Part shown: piece by piece, positions 60,101 through 64,000 of the stretch
Layout of the letters: every line of letters starts with the position of its first letter
How positions within the stretch are numbered: the first letter of the stretch is position 1
Source of the DNA: an uncultured Verrucomicrobiae bacterium
GTDB taxonomy: Bacteria; Verrucomicrobiota; Verrucomicrobiia; Chthoniobacterales; UBA10450
Direction of reading: 5' to 3'
DNA length: 64,000 nucleotides
NCBI GenBank assembly: GCA_963772365.1
Contig: CAVYXA010000003.1
Location: 448,001-512,000 of the forward strand
Notes under the pieces: model-generated
Database searches by the model: none
What the model was told of the DNA's origin: nothing
Seen by the model: only the letters and a program-made list of their open reading frames with translations
Made by a program: the position numbers and the translations under genes

Positions 60101-60533
60101 TGAATGCCGCAATGGCGGAGCCAATGGCGATTACACGATGGTTTTCACCTTCGGCACGAACGTCGCGAGCGTTACGAGTGCGAGTGTCACCAGTGGCACA
60201 GGCACCATCAGCAGCCGCAACATCGGCGCGAACCCTCATGAATACATCGTCAATCTTACCGGCGTGACAAATCAACAGGAGATCACGGTAACTCTGAACA
60301 ATGTCCAGGACACTAACGGTAACTCGAGCGCCACTGTTCCGGGAATCATGAGAGTCCTGATCGGCGACACGAATAACAACGCCACCGTTAATTCTTCCGA
60401 TGTTAGCCAGACGAAAGGTCGAATTGGCATGGCTACGCCCACAACCTTCCGGTCAGATGTGAACGCCAACGGTACCATCAATTCGACGGATATTGCACAG
60501 GTCAAGGCGGAGGTCGGAACAGGCCTGCCATGA
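57138..60533 (+). CDS. Large secreted beta-propeller (BNR/GH74-like) protein with C-terminal dockerin-like domain
   Basis: Signal peptide, GGVWKT, YAGTGD, SxDGGxxW repeats, HVDQHA, GAQDNG, GGDGF, GTDFG, GDTNNNATVNSSDV / DVNANGTINSTDI. Confidence 0.8.
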   Translation: MKKTSTSMSGVSNARALLAFVLVSAGALLAIFSFAGISSKLTSTVDERLRDMPVPGGRVDDLERMQMEWHNRVTYPTGHFNPEWIRNAAAQDFQMARRVPSGLRRTNFGLGKNGPLAVEVNAFTALGPQPEHMTGCQGCFDYGTTEGRVNTVAIDPTTTTNGSIVAYVGTDGGGVWKTTNCCDASTTWSVLTDDAAVSTTSIDSVTIDPNNHNTIYAGTGDLNFGSFSYGSQGILKSINGGATWSVLGADVFGAAYPEPAGQFPQYQAVGKVRVDPNNSNKVVAGTKTGLYFSYDGGVNWAGPCTTNSFNTQRQDITGLELTNLGGGVTRILAAVGTRGFATNVQYDLGSNGANGLYKGTMPASGCPVDFSPISVDGNGFVFGTQVVGSPYTTGAAMNGASGTPYGGLNVGNQLGRMEIAVAPSNPDYIYAQVQSIAQNSNSGCGNANGCQLGVWVTTDGGTSWSFLNGSAGGSLRNCNNGQGDYPQNWYDQGIAVDPNNPDRLFVDTFDTWLADRNGISFYDLTCGYSGGHVVHVDQHALAFVQGSSSILLKGSDGGIFSSPDADTAVIGVVRNTWVNMDTGINSIEFYSGDISGDFATSANPSAVGGAQDNGPSSATFSGFPTGPVQWQEGLGGDGFFARIDPVGTGSSLRFFQGNNSGGLSRCVSNCTSPGASWTSIRPGWTGDTQSFILPWDIFHGGIAGGDDCAPAGVPGGCGHLIAGTTRVWETIRATDASGVNSTWYMTNNPTTQNMTKQTLGNRSHINQLKYSPKYSSVAMVGTNDANAWIGFNLGTGTASQANWVDVTDGNTVLPNRPVLNVALDPTVAAANVPVGYAAVGGFNANTPTMPGHVFQVTCGANCGSFTWLDKTGNLPDIPVDSIIVNPNFPQQVFAGTDFGLYFTDDITAASPTWYRFNNGLPNTMIWDMQIDRGSTTLSLWTRGRGAFAWPLPIGLIQTLQVNSIASRKVHGTAGTFDIDLGLDGSNATECRNGGANGDYTMVFTFGTNVASVTSASVTSGTGTISSRNIGANPHEYIVNLTGVTNQQEITVTLNNVQDTNGNSSATVPGIMRVLIGDTNNNATVNSSDVSQTKGRIGMATPTTFRSDVNANGTINSTDIAQVKAEVGTGLP

Positions 60534-60537
60534 CCGC

Positions 60538-61875
60538 TTAATCGCTTAGGAAATATTCGCGTTTCACCCATTCGAGGGCCTCTTCGCGATCGCGAAGAGC
60601 GCCCTCGAGTTGGCGTGTCTCGATTGCTTCCAGAATTTCGCCAAACTTCGGGCTCGGTTTCAAGCCCAGCGCGATCAAGTCATCTCCGCGCACCAGCGGC
60701 GGTGGAATGATCGGTTCCTTGGCGAACTCTTCGCGTTTCTTCAACAGAAATTCGTAATTGTCGAGCATACGGTGGCTGCTCTGGCAATCAACGCGATGTA
60801 GTTCCAGCTCCTCGTCGAATGTTGGACGGGCCATGAACCGCTTTAATTTCGCGACACGCATCTTCGGCGTGTCTTTGAAGACCATGTGTTGCTTCACCAT
60901 CTCGACAGTCGCATCGATTTCCGTGCCCGAGAATCGCAAGCGTCGCAGGATCTGCTCCGTCATCTCTGCTCCGATTCGATCGTGTTCGTTGAATCGGATC
61001 CGGCCCGTCGAATCGACTTTCGCGGTAACTGGCTTGGCCACATCATGAAGGATAACTGCGAAAACGAGCGGCACCGAGACCATCGCGGGAAGATGCTGCA
61101 ACATCAACCGAGTATGTTTAAAGACGTCGCCTTCAGGATGAAACTGTTCGGGTTGTTCGCAGCCTTTCATTGGTTCGATTTCCGGCAGAATCGCTCGCAT
61201 CAGCCCGCTTGAATCGAGCAGATCCCAACCGCGCACCCGGTTTGGCGAAAGAAAAATGCGCACCAACTCATCCCGAATTCGCTCAGCACTGATCTGGTTG
61301 ATTGTTGCCGCTTCAGTCACGAGTGCCTGCCAGGTGAAATTGTCGATCTTGTAATCGAGAACGGTGGCGAAGCGAACGGCGCGCAGCATACGGAGGCGAT
61401 CTTCGGCAAAACGCTGCCGCGGATCGCCAATTGCCCGAACTATTTTTGCTTCGAGATCGGCGCGCCCATTTACGAAATCGATCACTTTTTCCCCGACCGG
61501 ATCGAAAAACATTCCATTGATCGTGAAATCGCGGCGTTTCGCATCTTCTTCGGGTGACGAGAATCGAACGGAGGTCGGATGGCGCCCATCGACATACGCT
61601 TCATCAGACCGAAACGTCGCGACTTCGAATTGAAAGCCCTCTTGGATTACGATGACCACTCCGAAGTGCGCGCCGACCGCGTGAGTGCGGGAAAAAAGAT
61701 TTTGCACTTCTTCGGGCCGCGCGTCCGTGGCGATGTCGAAGTCCTTCGGTTTAACGCTGCGAACGATATCGCGGACGCACCCGCCGGCGAAATAGGCGAC
61801 GTGACCTGCCTTTCGCAAAACGGCAGCGATTTCACGCGCCGTTTTTTCCATTGGCAAAATTTCCCGGTTCTCCAC
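60538..61875 (-). CDS. cca: Class II CCA-adding tRNA nucleotidyltransferase with HD domain
   Basis: GGCVRD, KDFDIAT, RRDFTING, EDRLRMLRA.RF, SAERI, HPEGDV..H, LHD..K. Confidence 0.88.
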   Translation of the reverse strand: MENREILPMEKTAREIAAVLRKAGHVAYFAGGCVRDIVRSVKPKDFDIATDARPEEVQNLFSRTHAVGAHFGVVIVIQEGFQFEVATFRSDEAYVDGRHPTSVRFSSPEEDAKRRDFTINGMFFDPVGEKVIDFVNGRADLEAKIVRAIGDPRQRFAEDRLRMLRAVRFATVLDYKIDNFTWQALVTEAATINQISAERIRDELVRIFLSPNRVRGWDLLDSSGLMRAILPEIEPMKGCEQPEQFHPEGDVFKHTRLMLQHLPAMVSVPLVFAVILHDVAKPVTAKVDSTGRIRFNEHDRIGAEMTEQILRRLRFSGTEIDATVEMVKQHMVFKDTPKMRVAKLKRFMARPTFDEELELHRVDCQSSHRMLDNYEFLLKKREEFAKEPIIPPPLVRGDDLIALGLKPSPKFGEILEAIETRQLEGALRDREEALEWVKREYFLSD

Positions 61876-61883
61876 AGCGCCAT

Positions 61884-61940
61884 TGTAGCGGCGGTCGGCC
61901 TGTCACGCCATAGCCGTGGCGACGGCGGATGGCCATCGCT
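61884..61940. repeat. Degenerate GTAG repeat half with nested hairpin
   Basis: TGTAGCGGCGGTC matches the arm of the ileS/selAB elements, followed by GTCACGCCATAGCCGTGGCGAC hairpin. Confidence 0.5.
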
Positions 61941-61975
61941 ATGTAATAACCGGAATGAAATGGAAAACTGGGCAG

Positions 61976-63010
61976 CTACGGTTCAGTTGAGATTGCCGCG
62001 TCGAGACGGAGCGGAATCGCCTGGTTCATAACCGGCGGAGCAGCCAGCAATGGCAGAGGCCGGCTGGCAGGATGAACGGCCGCTCGCACATTGAACGTCA
62101 GCTTATGCCCATCACGTACCACCATGATTGGTACCATATCCCCAGCTGTGATGAAGAATGAAGCATCGAGCACATCTTCCGGATCGTGGACTTTAACGTT
62201 GCCTACCTGTAACAGAATGTCGCCCGGCTTTAAACCTGAATCGGTCGCCGGCGTGGTGGACATAATGTCTGTGATTTGCGTCCGTGAACCTTCAATCGCT
62301 TTCTTTGTCTCGGCTACGCTGGCTCCGATCCAGCCGTGCCGCACCTCACCGAAACGGACGAAATCGCCACGGATTTTTTCCGCAGCGTCAATTGGCAATG
62401 CATAACAAGCGGAATTGTTTTCCAGACTACTGACGAGGATCCCGACGACCTCACCTTTCAAATTCAACAACGGCGCACCCGCCTCACCGCGCTGCGTTGG
62501 CAGATTGACCCGAAGATGCGTGGTGGAAAAATAGCGTCCCAGGTATTTTCGATCGAACCCGGCGATCATCCCAAAGCTTGGCGTCTTGGGAAGATCAAGA
62601 GGATAGCCAATCGTCACGACCGGAGTGGCGACCTCGAGCTCGCTCGATTTCCCCACCGGGAGGGAAGGGGTGACGACATCGATTTTTAACAGAGCGATGC
62701 CGCTTCGAATATCAGCTACCAACTGACGGGCCGGATATTCTTTGCCATCAAACTGGACAGTAAAATTTCCCGCTTCTCCGCCCACAGTGTATGAGGTGTA
62801 AAGCGTTCCGGTAGGATCGACAAAGAACCCCGTGCCAAAGATATCGCTATGCTCATCGACACCATGAATCTTTACGACTGCCTTGGCCGACCGCTCGAAT
62901 ATGTCCTTTACTTCATGGCTGAGAATCAGCGCCGATTCTTCCTGGGCAAAGAGGAGATTCACGCTCAGGCAGAAGATTACGACGGACGCCGCTTTGGAGA
63001 GGTTTGCCAT
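61976..63010 (-). CDS. HtrA/DegP-like trypsin plus PDZ protein lacking the catalytic triad
   Basis: GTGFFVD, IGYP, PLLNLKGEVVGI, G.VRHGWIG, TPA..SGLKPGDIL; ATG at 63010. Confidence 0.8.
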   Translation of the reverse strand: MANLSKAASVVIFCLSVNLLFAQEESALILSHEVKDIFERSAKAVVKIHGVDEHSDIFGTGFFVDPTGTLYTSYTVGGEAGNFTVQFDGKEYPARQLVADIRSGIALLKIDVVTPSLPVGKSSELEVATPVVTIGYPLDLPKTPSFGMIAGFDRKYLGRYFSTTHLRVNLPTQRGEAGAPLLNLKGEVVGILVSSLENNSACYALPIDAAEKIRGDFVRFGEVRHGWIGASVAETKKAIEGSRTQITDIMSTTPATDSGLKPGDILLQVGNVKVHDPEDVLDASFFITAGDMVPIMVVRDGHKLTFNVRAAVHPASRPLPLLAAPPVMNQAIPLRLDAAISTEP

Positions 63011-63068
63011 TCTCAACGCCTGTCTAACTAAATCAAAGCCAAAGCGCTGAGGGCGCCCGAAGGCATTC

Positions 63069-63560
63069 CTAGAACCGGAAATTAGACTCATAACTCACTG
63101 GAACGCTATCGAGCACGTAGCGCGGCGGCGTAGCGACCCGGTGAGTGTGGGCGCTGTGGTTGAATTTGCGAAGCGGTGGCGTGCTCAAAACTCGCATAGT
63201 GACCGGCGACGCTAGCGTCCATTCGCTGTCCGTATCCTCCACTGTGGATATCGCCGGCCGCTCCTCAAAGGCGACATTCGCAGGCGGTGGTTGTTGATGT
63301 ACTTTCAAAGAAATTACTGCTGCACAGATTAGCACGGCTGCAGCCGCCGCCGGATACGACGTCAACGAAGGGACATTCAAGCGGAACATGAAATCCTGTA
63401 TTCGATCCAGGCAAATTCGCCACAGCGGCCGCTGCAACAACTCATCGCGTTGCCGCCGATGGAATTCATGCAGGAAATCTTCGAAGTATCCCGGGGAAGG
63501 CTGCTCGTAGCGTTTCAACCGAAGAAGCTTCGCAATCTCGCTGTCGTTGAATTCGTCCAT
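63069..63560 (-). CDS. Putative anti-sigma factor (single TM)
   Basis: LLRLKRYEQP.PGYFEDFL.EFHRRQR N-terminus, one hydrophobic helix; directly downstream of an ECF sigma. Confidence 0.6.
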   Translation of the reverse strand: MDEFNDSEIAKLLRLKRYEQPSPGYFEDFLHEFHRRQRDELLQRPLWRICLDRIQDFMFRLNVPSLTSYPAAAAAVLICAAVISLKVHQQPPPANVAFEERPAISTVEDTDSEWTLASPVTMRVLSTPPLRKFNHSAHTHRVATPPRYVLDSVPVSYESNFRF

Positions 63561-63571
63561 TTTTGCGCCCG

Positions 63572-64000
63572 TTAAGAAACCGGATTCTTCCTGAATTCGT
63601 CCAGATAGTTTTGGAGTTGCCGATTCGCGTAGAAGAGTCTCGAACGTACCGTCCCTTCCGAAACACGCAAGATTTTACTGATCTCGGCATGGGGCATTCC
63701 CTGAATATGGAACATGGTAACCACGGCTCTGTGATCTTCAGACAATTTCATCATGGCCTCGTTCAACCTTTTCTGCAGTTCGGAGAGGTCCGCCTCCCGC
63801 ACCGGACTGCTGGTTTGCGTCACTTCCAGAAACTCCTTGTCGTTTTGAATACTTGAATCGACATCGTCCAGACTGAGCTGATAACGACGCCCTCGTTTCT
63901 TCAGAAAATTCAGCGTCATGTTCACGGCGATGGAGTGGATCCAGGTGTAGAAAGTGGATTTCCCGCGGAAGCCGCGGATCGCCTTGTAAGCTTTTGCAAA
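63572..64000 (-). CDS. ECF RNA polymerase sigma factor, 5'-truncated by window edge
   Basis: FAKAYKAIRGFRGKSTFYTWIHSIAVN (region 2), LSEDHRAVV, EIS..L.VSEGTVRSRLFYA (region 4). Confidence 0.92.
   Translation of the reverse strand, partial: FAKAYKAIRGFRGKSTFYTWIHSIAVNMTLNFLKKRGRRYQLSLDDVDSSIQNDKEFLEVTQTSSPVREADLSELQKRLNEAMMKLSEDHRAVVTMFHIQGMPHAEISKILRVSEGTVRSRLFYANRQLQNYLDEFRKNPVS

Overview
Mostly chromosomal backbone of a bacterium of roughly 55-57% GC (by eye). Divergent FtsZ, GTAG-type palindromic repeats, the 'KSKIENRK' heptamer repeat and large secreted proteins ending in a dockerin-like domain suggest a soil Verrucomicrobiota (Chthoniobacterales-like) genome; this assignment is an inference. 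In order, the window holds: 3' part of ftsZ, M20 amidohydrolase, aceB-aceA-aceK glyoxylate-shunt operon, family-B DNA polymerase, yefM-yoeB, envelope glycosylation genes (GT-C, GT4, rfbA), a two-TolC/MFP/ABC exporter, ino1, a sulfotransferase, addAB-like helicase-nuclease genes, a complete selenocysteine operon, two outer-membrane proteins and a TonB receptor beside a CusRS/CopRS-like two-component system, VKOR-DsbA, two very large secreted propeller proteins, ileS-lspA, glgA, cca, and an ECF sigma/anti-sigma/HtrA-like locus. The ORF track misses most of the Sec operon's key features: a 78-aa CxxU SelW/Rdx selenoprotein, tRNA-Sec, and the Sec-containing N-terminus of SelD. Other highlights are palindromic repeats translated in-frame inside polB and ileS and supplying the selA stop/selB start, a twice-repeated long hairpin with an identical 28-nt core, a proofreading-dead PolB, a triad-dead HtrA, and a small barrel-like protein with a TonB box. 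The first ~6.2 kb has many frameshifts that look like assembly errors.
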